Source of the DNA: an uncultured virus (IMG/VR IMGVR_UViG_2834966965_000001) | Taxonomy: Duplodnaviria > Heunggongvirae > Uroviricota > Caudoviricetes | IMG/VR virus record: IMGVR_UViG_2834966965_000001 | Length of the DNA: 64,000 nucleotides | Strand: one strand, 5' to 3' | Shown here: piece by piece, positions 9,329 to 18,532 of the stretch | How the letters are laid out: the number at the start of each line of letters is the position of its first letter | How positions within the stretch are numbered: the stretch's first letter is position 1 | Translations under genes and position numbers: made by a program | Notes under the pieces: generated by a model | What the model saw: the letters and a program-made list of their open reading frames with translations, nothing else | The model's database searches: none | Told to the model about the DNA's origin: nothing

Positions 9329-9667
9329 TTAGTCGTTCTTGAACAGGTTGATTGCGGCCATGATAATGCCGACACCGCCGCCAAGAGGAATAGCCCAGAC
9401 AAGCAGGTTCATGATCATCTTGACCATGTCACCGCTGCCGGTATCAGTCTGGATAACAGCATTGGCATCTACCAGGGAAGGAGTAAGAGCCATGAGCATC
9501 AGAGCGGCCATGAACAGCATGACCAGACCGCCAATATTCATGCTACCTGTCTGGCAGGTTACCAGATTGTCCAACCACTGGGCCGCCTGTTTCTTGAGGG
9601 GTATGCCATTAACCATCTGCTCAATGGACATGGCATGTTTAATTCTTTTGAGTAGCTTTACCACCAT
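9329..9667 (-). CDS. Putative major coat protein precursor (two-helix hydrophobic hairpin)
   Basis: Hydrophilic ~41-aa leader, then NIGGLVMLF...LTP, a polar loop, and NLLVWAIP...LFKND. First structural gene, followed by a stem-loop. Confidence 0.7.
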   Translation of the reverse strand: MVVKLLKRIKHAMSIEQMVNGIPLKKQAAQWLDNLVTCQTGSMNIGGLVMLFMAALMLMALTPSLVDANAVIQTDTGSGDMVKMIMNLLVWAIPLGGGVGIIMAAINLFKND

Positions 9668-9719
9668 TTCACCTTCTTTCTTTTTCCGTTTTATCTCAAA
9701 GCCTGCAGTGCTTTAAAAC

Positions 9720-10112
9720 CTAGTGTTTGCCAGCTTTTTCCTTGTTGTTGCTTTCGGCCAGCAGCTGGCGTTCACCGGTCTCAAGTTCAATCTGGACATC
9801 TTCAGCCGTCAGAGAGTCATACTTTTTGCCTTTGTATTCGCTGGTGTCTTCGATGCCTTCCAGATATACAAACTGTCCTTTTTTCAGTTCGCGGTAAGTG
9901 TTTTCGGCCAAAGTTCCCCAGCACTTAACGTTTTTCCAGGTGGAGGCAACGGTTTCTTCTTTCTTTTCCTTGTCCCAATAGCCGCCGTAGCTTACCGAGA
10001 ACCTTGTTACTGCCTTGCCGGTAGGGGTATAGGTCATTACCGGTTCTTTGGTTACCCTTGCCCTGTGGATTTTCATCTCACAATAAGATTTGCGTTCATA
10101 CTTCTGATCCAT
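9720..10112 (-). CDS. ssb: Single-stranded DNA-binding protein
   Basis: YTPTGKAVTRFSV, W.NVKCWG.LAE and LKKGQ.V..EG OB-fold motifs; lacks the acidic DDIPF tail. Confidence 0.88.
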   Translation of the reverse strand: MDQKYERKSYCEMKIHRARVTKEPVMTYTPTGKAVTRFSVSYGGYWDKEKKEETVASTWKNVKCWGTLAENTYRELKKGQFVYLEGIEDTSEYKGKKYDSLTAEDVQIELETGERQLLAESNNKEKAGKH

Positions 10113-10152
10113 AGTCTTTCCCTTTCCTTTTTAAAATATTAAGCCGTACCAC

Positions 10153-10395
10153 TTACGCAGTACGGCTTGCCCACATTAGCTTGAGCTCCTTTAACGAATA
10201 ACCGCCGGTAGCCACTCCTTTGTTATTATTTATATTTGAAGCTTTCGCTTTGCGGTCTCTTATCTCCTGAAGGGTAGGCAGCCGGGGTCTTCCACCCAGC
10301 TTGCCCAGCTCCTTCATATGTTCCTGTCCATACAGGGCTACTGTCTTAAGTCCACCCAGGCGGCCGATTTCTTTGTTGGTTAATTTCTGTTTCAT
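10153..10395 (-). CDS. Small basic KGG-like repeat protein
   Basis: GRLGG...HMKELGKLGGRPR; homologue of 42338-42583. Confidence 0.75.
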   Translation of the reverse strand: MKQKLTNKEIGRLGGLKTVALYGQEHMKELGKLGGRPRLPTLQEIRDRKAKASNINNNKGVATGGYSLKELKLMWASRTA

Positions 10396-10413
10396 TTCAC
10401 AACCAAATGTTAT

Positions 10414-10496
10414 AAATACAACTGAATTGCCTATAATGTAACCGAATACTGTTTCAAATACAACAATATATACAGCCAAATAGACGCAAATACAAC
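10414..10496. promoter_or_regulatory. Three AAATACAAC direct repeats in the divergent control region (candidate operators)
   Basis: Copies at 10414, 10456 and 10488, between the repressor and the early operon. Confidence 0.4.
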
Positions 10497-10575
10497 ACTA
10501 ATTTGGTCTTGATATCTCTTAATATCTTTAAAAATCACAACGATACTGTTACAATTGCCACAGTTGAGGTAAAAG

Positions 10576-11205
10576 ATGTCTAATTTAGGCCTAATAATTA
10601 AAGAATTGAGAGAACGTCGAGGGTGGCCACAAACAGAACTTGCTGACCGAGCAGGCATTTCACGTTCTAGTCTTGCGACTATTGAAATTGGCCGTTCTGT
10701 GCCTAAGGTGGAAACTTCAATAAAAATTGCAAAAGTCTTTGGTATGACAGTTGAAGAGCTTTATTCTAAAGCTGGATACGAGACAGGTAAGACAGTTGTT
10801 GAAACGACAGAAGATATACTTGAACGTCTCAGGCTGGCATCACCGATAGCCGTACCTGTCTATACAGACTTTGTCATTCATGCAGGGGATAATGTGGAAG
10901 CACCAATAGAATATATCTATCTTGCCCGACCCAAAGCGGTTGGCAAGAATATAGAAGCCTATCTTATAAAAGGGCAGTGCATGGAGCCGGATATCCAAGA
11001 CGGGGATATTGCCATTGTGGATAGGGATGTAGCACCGGAAAAAGGCAATATTATTCTTTGCTTGATAAACAGCGAAATTGTCATTGGCCGCTATTTATTG
11101 GATAAAGAAGGCAAACCGTATATTCAGAATGGCCATGGCAAACACACTCTAAAAGAGTGCCAGGCAACAGCCGTTGTGACTGGGATATCAAGAAATATGA
11201 GATAG
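10576..11205 (+). CDS. CI/LexA-like repressor (XRE HTH + S24 domain)
   Basis: N-terminal HTH, HAG cleavage-site motif, and GQCMEP at the G.SM position. Confidence 0.9.
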   Translation: MSNLGLIIKELRERRGWPQTELADRAGISRSSLATIEIGRSVPKVETSIKIAKVFGMTVEELYSKAGYETGKTVVETTEDILERLRLASPIAVPVYTDFVIHAGDNVEAPIEYIYLARPKAVGKNIEAYLIKGQCMEPDIQDGDIAIVDRDVAPEKGNIILCLINSEIVIGRYLLDKEGKPYIQNGHGKHTLKECQATAVVTGISRNMR

Positions 11206-11280
11206 GCTTTTAATGCTCTCGTTTTATAAGTTTAATATGTATTCCGATAATAGATCTTTTCAAGGTGGTCTGATACTTAT

Positions 11281-12066
11281 ATGGCTGAATTTTTAACTAC
11301 TCATGCTGTCGCTTATAACATTGAAAACATTATTATTAATGCGAAAGAACTATTAGTCCTTATTAGTCCGTATCTTCAATTGTCTAAAACATTTTATGAA
11401 AGAATTAGAGATGCGCACAATAAAGGTGTGCAAGTCGTTATTATTTACGGTAAAGATCAATTAAAACCCGAAGAAAAAGTCCAACTCAACTCATTACCCA
11501 ATGTAGACATCTATTTCTGCGAAAATTTGCATGCTAAATGTTATTTCAATGATTATTCTATGATTATCACTTCGATGAATATGTTTGAGTTTTCTGAAAA
11601 AAATAATAGGGAAATGGGGATTTTAATTCAGAAAGATACTGATATAGTAGTATTTAATAAGGCTTTGGGCGAAGTAAAATCTATTATAGATTCTTCTCAG
11701 AAAATTCCTTTGACTAATGTGACCCCCAAAAAATCATCAAGAACTATTGATCAAATAGAATCGAAGAAATCTGATTCAGCAAAAAAACCTATTAAAATGG
11801 ACTTTAATCTAAAAACAGACCTTGGGCAGTTATTCCAGGGTGCACTTTCTTCTATATTGGGTGCTGATAAATTAGATGCTTACTGTATTAGGTGCAAAGC
11901 AAAAATCCCTTATGATGCAAGGCATCCATTATGTGATGCGTGTTATCCTGAATGGGCATCATATAAGAATAGAGAATATAAAGAAGAGTTTTGTCACAAA
12001 TGTGGTAAACGATCTAAAACTTCGTATGCTTATCCCGAATGCCGGGATTGTTACAAAGGAAATTAA
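11281..12066 (+). CDS. PLD-family (single HKD-type) nuclease-like protein with C-terminal Zn fingers
   Basis: LISPY and LHAKCYFND...ITSMN...NREMG motifs; four CxxC pairs. Confidence 0.8.
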   Translation: MAEFLTTHAVAYNIENIIINAKELLVLISPYLQLSKTFYERIRDAHNKGVQVVIIYGKDQLKPEEKVQLNSLPNVDIYFCENLHAKCYFNDYSMIITSMNMFEFSEKNNREMGILIQKDTDIVVFNKALGEVKSIIDSSQKIPLTNVTPKKSSRTIDQIESKKSDSAKKPIKMDFNLKTDLGQLFQGALSSILGADKLDAYCIRCKAKIPYDARHPLCDACYPEWASYKNREYKEEFCHKCGKRSKTSYAYPECRDCYKGN

Positions 12067-12258
12067 TAATTAAATTTAGTACAGTAAGAAATAATCTGGA
12101 ACAGATACTAATGTTTACCCGAGATAGCAGAGGATCGTGTTTATCGGTAATAGAGCAAAGAAGTATTATTGTTCTATTTATAACTACTTGCATCATAGGA
12201 TTAAAATAAGCAATTGTCGAAATCAAGTAATTTTAGCATCCATAATTTAAGGGAGGCT

Positions 12259-12789
12259 ATGGTGGATTGGAATGTTTTGGAATCCTGTTCAACTTTTTTA
12301 GCGGCAATTATAGCCTTATTTCTTGGATTGCGGGGCATATATGAAAATACTAAACATCGTAAAGAACAACTATCAGTTGCTAAAGAAATGAGAAGGCTTG
12401 CCTTACTTGAAGTAGTTTTTGAATGGGCTAATGAAATTAATCAGACATCAATACTATATTCACGAGAAGCTATACATAATAATAATCAAACACAGTTTAG
12501 TGCCAAAGAATCCGATCTATCAAAACGATTAAGTTTTCATTATTCTAGAAGTAAGCATATAGAAATAATCAGCAAAGTATTAAACGAAGGTATTAGTGAT
12601 AACGTATTAGCTGTGAACGTTGTTTTAAAAAATGCATTGAATTGTTTGAATAAATACTATAACGATAAGATATTTGATGACTTATTATTTCCATTAAGTA
12701 ATGAATTATTTAAACTAAATCAATCGTCTTTGGATTTGATTAAAGTAATATCTGAAGAACAAGTATTTGAAGATGTAATTAAAAAGTAG
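12259..12789 (+). CDS. Hypothetical protein with N-terminal TM
   Basis: GGAGG SD before ATG 12259; one TM then a helical region; AT-rich. Confidence 0.6.
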   Translation: MVDWNVLESCSTFLAAIIALFLGLRGIYENTKHRKEQLSVAKEMRRLALLEVVFEWANEINQTSILYSREAIHNNNQTQFSAKESDLSKRLSFHYSRSKHIEIISKVLNEGISDNVLAVNVVLKNALNCLNKYYNDKIFDDLLFPLSNELFKLNQSSLDLIKVISEEQVFEDVIKK

Positions 12790-12829
12790 TATTAAATCAA
12801 TAAGTATTCATTTAATTTTGGAGTAAATA

Positions 12830-15409
12830 ATGAATTTATCTAATATGACTAATCCTTATGATTGGCATATACCTGTAAAGGATAATAAGTTGTTCTCTGG
12901 CAGAAAACATGAGAAACAAATTATATTTGATGAATTAGAGTGTTTAAAATCACGACCAAATAAAAATCCCTTAATAGTATTAAAAGGGGAACGCAGAGTT
13001 GGTAAAACTAGTTTAATTAATTACATATGCAATGATGATTCTACGAACGACATATTTTTTATAGATATAAGGATCTATGAATTAATTACTCCAATCATAT
13101 TTTGGAAAGAAGTTTTTTATAGAATAATATCCAAGTTAAATGACTTGGGAATTAAGGTAGATCGTGGAGGGGATACAAAAACTAATAGTATTGGATATCA
13201 ATTAAACTCTGAAAATACATCCAGGCCTTGTTATTTGGAATGTCCAAGTATTTTTGGAAATGGTGAAATCTCAAATTTCTATTTGCAAAGTGATATTAAT
13301 GAAGTTCTCTCAGCAATTCAGAACAAAGGATATAAAGCTCTTGTATTAATAATTGATGAAGCTCAACATCTTAATAATTCTTCGGATATTCAATCCCAAT
13401 TACGTGATATACGAGATAATGTAAGACACATAGGCCTAATACTTGCAGGTACACATGATATAGCTTCTTTGTTTTCTAATAGTAGTCTCCCGTTGTATGG
13501 CCAACAGACCAGTCTCGAAATTAAAAATTATACTAATATTGAAGAAATTTGCGCATGTGCAATTCTACCGTTGTCAAAAGATGAACAAATACTTATGTCT
13601 CCGGTCACAATCAATTACCTTGCCAAATTAAGTCAAGGAAAGCCAAGTCATATTAGGTTAATATGCAATGCTATTTATGAAAGGTATCGGAAGAATCTAC
13701 AGACTGATCTAAATATCACTAAAGAAGCTCTTTTTGAGATCTTGGAAATAATTAAATCTCAAGAGGAGGATAAGGGTACTTATAACATTATTCGTAGTAT
13801 CGAAAAATTAGATACAGTAAATCTTGAATTGTTATATAACATGACTAGATTCCCTAACTGGACACTCAACGATATTGTGAGTTTAGATGAATCATTCAGA
13901 GGTGAGGCATATAGCGAAGCAGCATCACGAAGAAGGTTTGATTTTATCAACAACAAAAAACAAATATTTATTAGCGATGGCATTCTAGAAAATGATGAGG
14001 AAAGATGTATCCTAAATGGTGGCGAATTTGTTAATCTATTTTTACGTTTTCATATAGAACTCAAAAGATATGGCAAATTGTTAAAAAAGGTTCATTTAAA
14101 CGGTATCGTCCCAACGCCATTTTCCGAAAAATGTATAAAACTATTAAATTCATTATGTTATATTCTTGGCGATAATCCTGAGATCGGGTATTCAATTTTT
14201 CATACCTTTTTCCAAGATCAGGAAGGGGATTTAATACAAAAAGTTAAAGATAGATATCATTTTATTTCGGATTTAATTTCAGGCAAAGCTATGGAAAATG
14301 ATGAACATTCTCGATCGATATTTTCTGAATGTGCTAACATAGCAAATTTAGTTGAGCGTCAAGGTAAATATTGCTTGTATTGTATTTCAATTAGGAACCT
14401 TGATAATTCTTTTGAATTAATACAGACGGAGATGTATTTTAATCAATCTGATCCAGTAAATATAAATCTTCAAGATTTAAATCCAACTGCTTGGGAGAAT
14501 ATTAAGAAACAAGCCGAAATTGCTCATATTGTAATAGAAGATACAGCTTGTTTTGAAGTAGATTTACTCAATTTAGAGTCCTTATTAAAATACGTAGGAT
14601 TAGAATTAAATCAAGTATTATCCAAAGGGAATGATATACAAAAATGGACTGTTTTAGCTTTGCAACATGCGGTGAAATCTGTTGAAAAAGATAATTTTAA
14701 TACTACTGAATATGAAAAACAGATTATGCAAAACCCAAGCTGGGTTCCATACTACTCTAAACATAATATGGAAGATGCATTAATCGATATTGATAATTGT
14801 TTAAATAAAATAGAATCAAGAGCGGTCAAAGCAAGATTATTTAATGATCGTGGTTATATACGTTATTCAATGTCTGATGGCTATAATAAAAGTCAAGCAA
14901 TTAGAGATTTAGAATTAGCAATTAATTATCATTTCATTGACTTCGGTTTATCATTATTGAACGTAGCCTATATTTATTTAGACAAAAATAATTATGATGA
15001 TGCAATTGATTATTGCCAACTTGCTTTGATGCTGAGTAATATGCGGCATAACATTATTGCTGGGTATTTGAGATATCGTTTATTAGTTCCGCCATCAGGA
15101 TTTGGTTTTATTCCCAAAATAGAAATGACACCCGCAAATACAATTGAAATTGCGTATTTAAATATGGCATTTGCATATACGCATAGTGATAGAATAGCGC
15201 TTGCATATACGTGTTTAAATGAAGGATTAGAAGTTATTCCTTCATCCTTTTATTTGAAGCATGGCCTAGCTCGATTATATTTATTTGATATGAAAGCACC
15301 AGAAGCTAAGAAAATTTACCAGGAGTTGAGAAATATGACTTGTCCCTCTCCTTACTTCGTAGATGAACTTAAGCGAATGACCAAGGGATATCATAGATTT
15401 AGGAAGTAA
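12830..15409 (+). CDS. STAND/AAA-type NTPase with C-terminal TPR repeats
   Basis: NPY...FSGR, GERRVGKT, LIIDEAQ and GKP motifs; TPR-like helices in the C-terminal ~220 aa. Confidence 0.82.
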   Translation: MNLSNMTNPYDWHIPVKDNKLFSGRKHEKQIIFDELECLKSRPNKNPLIVLKGERRVGKTSLINYICNDDSTNDIFFIDIRIYELITPIIFWKEVFYRIISKLNDLGIKVDRGGDTKTNSIGYQLNSENTSRPCYLECPSIFGNGEISNFYLQSDINEVLSAIQNKGYKALVLIIDEAQHLNNSSDIQSQLRDIRDNVRHIGLILAGTHDIASLFSNSSLPLYGQQTSLEIKNYTNIEEICACAILPLSKDEQILMSPVTINYLAKLSQGKPSHIRLICNAIYERYRKNLQTDLNITKEALFEILEIIKSQEEDKGTYNIIRSIEKLDTVNLELLYNMTRFPNWTLNDIVSLDESFRGEAYSEAASRRRFDFINNKKQIFISDGILENDEERCILNGGEFVNLFLRFHIELKRYGKLLKKVHLNGIVPTPFSEKCIKLLNSLCYILGDNPEIGYSIFHTFFQDQEGDLIQKVKDRYHFISDLISGKAMENDEHSRSIFSECANIANLVERQGKYCLYCISIRNLDNSFELIQTEMYFNQSDPVNINLQDLNPTAWENIKKQAEIAHIVIEDTACFEVDLLNLESLLKYVGLELNQVLSKGNDIQKWTVLALQHAVKSVEKDNFNTTEYEKQIMQNPSWVPYYSKHNMEDALIDIDNCLNKIESRAVKARLFNDRGYIRYSMSDGYNKSQAIRDLELAINYHFIDFGLSLLNVAYIYLDKNNYDDAIDYCQLALMLSNMRHNIIAGYLRYRLLVPPSGFGFIPKIEMTPANTIEIAYLNMAFAYTHSDRIALAYTCLNEGLEVIPSSFYLKHGLARLYLFDMKAPEAKKIYQELRNMTCPSPYFVDELKRMTKGYHRFRK

Positions 15410-15471
15410 TAATAATTATCTTAAAAATTGATTATAGGAGTTAGTGCATCGGTTGCTTACAGCTTCCATAG

Positions 15472-15516
15472 CTGGCAGTCAAAAGGTAGAGGGTTCGAAT
15501 CCCTCCGGCTCCACCA
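15472..15516 (+). repeat. att core: 3' half of tRNA-Ala(GGC), E1/E2 junction
   Basis: CTGGCAG anticodon loop, T-arm GAGGG-TTCGAAT-CCCTC, acceptor CGGCTCC-A-CCA (U70); identical to 43667-43711. Confidence 0.92.
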
Positions 15517-15553
15517 TAAAGCTAAAAGCGCTGTCGGTAGCTCGAAATGGCGC

Positions 15554-16552
15554 ATGAATGACCGTTTAACTCACAAAAATTCTTACGATTATCCAATCGT
15601 AGCTAGTGACCTTTTGACTACACCTGATGACCTCAGATTATGTCTTTCTACATATCTTCTGATGGCCAAGGTAGGGCAGCTTAGCCCTGCCACAATTTCA
15701 AATTACAGATATATGTGCGGCAAATTCGTTGATTTTTGCCAGGAGCACGGCGTTACTAAGCCGGCACAGATTACTTCGATACACCTCGGTTTATTCCTTC
15801 AGCAATTACAGTTAACCAACGGTCCGCAATCTGTCACTGATTATTTCAAGCAGATACGCCCATTTATCAATTGGCTCAAGGAAAATGGCCAGATTACGGT
15901 AGATCCATTAAAGCAGGTACGTTTACCCAAAGTACCCCGTAAAGTTATACAGCCGTTCACTCAGGAGCATTGCCAGCGGCTACTTTCCTTAGTGTCCGGG
16001 GAGACATTCGAGGATAAGAGGAATAAAGCACTTATTCTGTTATTGCTGGATACAGGCCTCAGACTGCGGGAATGCACAGAGTTAAAATGGAGTGATATCA
16101 ATTACGATAGTGAATTGGTTAAGGTTATGGGCAAAGGGGCTAAAGAACGGGTTGTACGTATAGGTCCTAAAGTTCAAAGAGCATTACTGGAATATCAGTA
16201 TCTTAAAATTCAGTCATTTCCCGGAGATAAGACCCTTGATGTTTGGGTTAGCCGGCACAAAACCCGCTATAGTGATAAAGAGTGCCACCCTTTAACTAAA
16301 AATGGCATCATGCAGACAATCGTCACGTTAGGAAAGCGGGCAGGTATTACAAATATCCGGTGCAGCCCTCATACATTCAGGCACACCTTCGCTACTATGT
16401 GCTTACGGAATGGGGCAGGGGAGTTTGAAGTTCAATCTCTCATGGGGCATAGCACTCTGACCCAGACTAGAAAATATGCTGCCAGCTTGAATTCTGAAGT
16501 AGCGGTTCAGGGGCATAAGAAGTTTAGCCCGGTTGATAATCTAAAGCTGTAA
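15554..16552 (+). CDS. Tyrosine recombinase/integrase of E2
   Basis: TGLRLRE, HTFRHTFA and MGHS...Y motifs; start placed at the ATG downstream of att by homology with 1-960. Confidence 0.93.
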   Translation: MNDRLTHKNSYDYPIVASDLLTTPDDLRLCLSTYLLMAKVGQLSPATISNYRYMCGKFVDFCQEHGVTKPAQITSIHLGLFLQQLQLTNGPQSVTDYFKQIRPFINWLKENGQITVDPLKQVRLPKVPRKVIQPFTQEHCQRLLSLVSGETFEDKRNKALILLLLDTGLRLRECTELKWSDINYDSELVKVMGKGAKERVVRIGPKVQRALLEYQYLKIQSFPGDKTLDVWVSRHKTRYSDKECHPLTKNGIMQTIVTLGKRAGITNIRCSPHTFRHTFATMCLRNGAGEFEVQSLMGHSTLTQTRKYAASLNSEVAVQGHKKFSPVDNLKL

Positions 16553-16562
16553 AAATATCTAT

Positions 16563-16592
16563 AAAAAAAGGCCGGATGGGAATGCCGGCCTT
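16563..16592 (-). terminator. Intrinsic terminator
   Basis: AAGGCCGG/CCGGCCTT stem with a 7-U tract on the minus strand, between convergent genes. Confidence 0.75.
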
Positions 16593-17484
16593 AATTAATA
16601 TCTAGCAGTGGTAGCTGTCTTGCCGGTGTATGTTTTAATACTTTAATTACTTCGTATTCTGTTTTCACACCATTTTGTACTTGCCATTGGGTAGTAAGTA
16701 ATTCGCAATAGAGAATATCTCCTTTTGAGAAGGAGATTAAATTATTGTCGACTTTACTGAGGAAATTCGCATCATTCATTGTTACATTAAATATTGCATC
16801 TCCATCACTGAGACGCCATTTATTATTTTCTTTGAATGCCAAACTAATGATTGAGAAGTTAATCTTTCGTGTTTCTTTCAATATTGGATCATCCAGTAGT
16901 TCTGGTATTTCAAACGCATTGATATCTTCTTTAGTCGCTGATTGAAGTAGTTCTTGATTTGTGCGTATATCTATCCGATCAATACCCTGCTCTCGAACAG
17001 GTCTTGTCACATCAGACATAGCTCTGCGTACTAAAGCATTTTGATATAAGTTTAATAATTCTAAGGGGACTTCATAACTCTGATTATCTATTGTTAGCCG
17101 ATAAAGGCCATCGTTAATCTTTTCGATCTTGGGTTTTCGATTATTTAGCCACTTAATTAAAGCAAAAAGACCAAGAATACCTGTACCGGAACCAAAAAGT
17201 AAGTTTTTTAATGCTTCTGCACTTGATATTATATCGCCCATAGGTAAACTAGAAGTAATAGGCCCAATAATTTCATAGAGTATATGGAAAGAACCGGGAG
17301 CAGTCGCTTTGACATTAACATTTATTTTAGAGGCAGAACCATTCAATACTTGATTTGCAGAATCAAATAGGGAACCAACACCTAGCATACTTACAGCTAA
17401 TTCCCGAACATCCATTTGCCCATCAGATACTGCGGGTCCACTATAAGTTATATCTAATTGAATAGGCTGTGGTTTGATAGCCAT
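16591..17484 (-). CDS. Accessory hypothetical protein (297 aa)
   Basis: Long AT-rich ORF with its own terminator; function not recognised. Confidence 0.75.
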   Translation of the reverse strand: MAIKPQPIQLDITYSGPAVSDGQMDVRELAVSMLGVGSLFDSANQVLNGSASKINVNVKATAPGSFHILYEIIGPITSSLPMGDIISSAEALKNLLFGSGTGILGLFALIKWLNNRKPKIEKINDGLYRLTIDNQSYEVPLELLNLYQNALVRRAMSDVTRPVREQGIDRIDIRTNQELLQSATKEDINAFEIPELLDDPILKETRKINFSIISLAFKENNKWRLSDGDAIFNVTMNDANFLSKVDNNLISFSKGDILYCELLTTQWQVQNGVKTEYEVIKVLKHTPARQLPLLDIN

Positions 17485-17560
17485 AGTTGCTTTCCAATAA
17501 ATTATTGTTCAGATTATACAAGCACTGAATTCATCTGTACAGATTCTATTGCCTATTACC

Positions 17561-17592
17561 CATGAATTATGTCTTTCATGAATTATGTCTTT
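17561..17592. repeat. 16-bp tandem duplication CATGAATTATGTCTTT x2
   Basis: Exact adjacent copies in intergenic DNA. Confidence 0.85.
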
Positions 17593-17685
17593 ATGGTTTG
17601 TCTTATACTAGACTGACTTCAAAATAATTTGCACTACTGAGTATAATTAAATTGAAGGATACCAATATGAAGAAAGGAGGAAATT

Positions 17686-17832
17686 ATGGCCAATAATGAG
17701 AAAACATCACCTGCAGTAGCAACGTTAGCCGCAAAGATTCTTCGGGATCCAAATGCTTCAGCAGATGCAAAGACACTTGCAGCCTCGGTTTTAACCCAAG
17801 CTCCTGACAAACCACACAAGAACAAAAAATAG
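17686..17832 (+). CDS. 48-aa protein MANNEKTSPAVATLAAKILRDP... (not in the ORF track)
   Basis: Strong AAGGAGG SD, upstream TATAAT, clean ORF. Confidence 0.75.
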   Translation: MANNEKTSPAVATLAAKILRDPNASADAKTLAASVLTQAPDKPHKNKK

Positions 17833-17888
17833 AAAATAAGTTATAACTATTTCACTTAGCACTTAGTCGCTCGTAACGCTAAGTGCTA

Positions 17889-18293
17889 TTATTTTGGCAT
17901 TCTGTCTTTATATTCAGGGTCTTTGCGCAGAACTTTCTCAGCATCTTTAACCCACTTGCGGATGATTTTGGTAGCTTTGAGAGGGTCTTTAGCTGGTATC
18001 CAGAAGATTTGCCAACCGCCAGGCAGATAATGTGGTGGCTGGAAACGTTTCATTTCAATATCGTTATTGAATGGGCCAAAAAATTCGTCTGTTTCCATGC
18101 ACCATAACCAGTAATAATCTCGGAGCTGGCCGTATTTTATGAGGTTATAAGCAACTAAGGCAATACCGATTACAAAATACGGGATATACCACCATGGGTT
18201 ATCAAATAAGTCCGATACAACAGCAAATAACCCACCGAAGATGAATAAATAACCTACCCATGTTCGGGTTCTTGTATCCCATTCAAACTTCAT
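17889..18293 (-). CDS. Membrane protein, copy 2 of duplicated HTH-TM cassette
   Basis: Two TMs plus a C-terminal domain nearly identical to that of 18477-18938. Confidence 0.8.
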   Translation of the reverse strand: MKFEWDTRTRTWVGYLFIFGGLFAVVSDLFDNPWWYIPYFVIGIALVAYNLIKYGQLRDYYWLWCMETDEFFGPFNNDIEMKRFQPPHYLPGGWQIFWIPAKDPLKATKIIRKWVKDAEKVLRKDPEYKDRMPK

Positions 18294-18532
18294 CAGAATT
18301 CAATTTCCTCTGGTTTTACCTCAAGAGCTTTAGCTAGTTTGCGGATGGTGATAAAACTTGGATTTTGTTTACCATTTTCAAGTCTGTTAACCGTATCTGC
18401 TCCGATACCTGCTTGCTTAGCTAGCTCGGCTTGACTCCAGAATTTATCCAATCGATGTTCCCTTAGTGCTTTCCTCTTATTTTGGCATTCTGTCTTTATA
18501 TTCAGGGTCTTTACGCAGAACTTTCTCTGCAT
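18293..18532 (-). CDS. XRE HTH protein, copy 2 (start uncertain)
   Basis: SQAELAKQAG...RLENG..KPEEIEF; the expected ATG position reads AGG. Confidence 0.65.
   Translation of the reverse strand: MQRKFCVKTLNIKTECQNKRKALREHRLDKFWSQAELAKQAGIGADTVNRLENGKQNPSFITIRKLAKALEVKPEEIEF

Larger units (their letters stand above)
1..15516. mobile_element. Element E1: integrated non-tailed (membrane/spindle- or inovirus-like) provirus with rolling-circle replicon; left att lies upstream of the window
   Basis: Starts with a tyrosine integrase and ends at the tRNA-Ala 3' duplication. Contains Rep, SSB, Zot/pI-like ATPase, many TM proteins and a repressor. No terminase, portal or tail genes. Confidence 0.85.

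Noticed and set aside
4267..10112. Plain inovirus call for E1
   Set aside because: Rep, SSB and pI-like ATPase fit, so it is not excluded. However, the coat candidate has two hydrophobic helices, the ATPase lacks a TM anchor, and the same module occurs in 28-kb primase-helicase E2.
15440..15516. Intact tRNA genes at the two att sites
   Set aside because: No 5' acceptor strand, D-arm or 5' anticodon stem upstream of either copy.
15428..15553. N-terminal extension of the E2 integrase ORF across att
   Set aside because: TTG start lies in E1 DNA and translates the tRNA remnant; homology with 1-960 supports ATG 15554.
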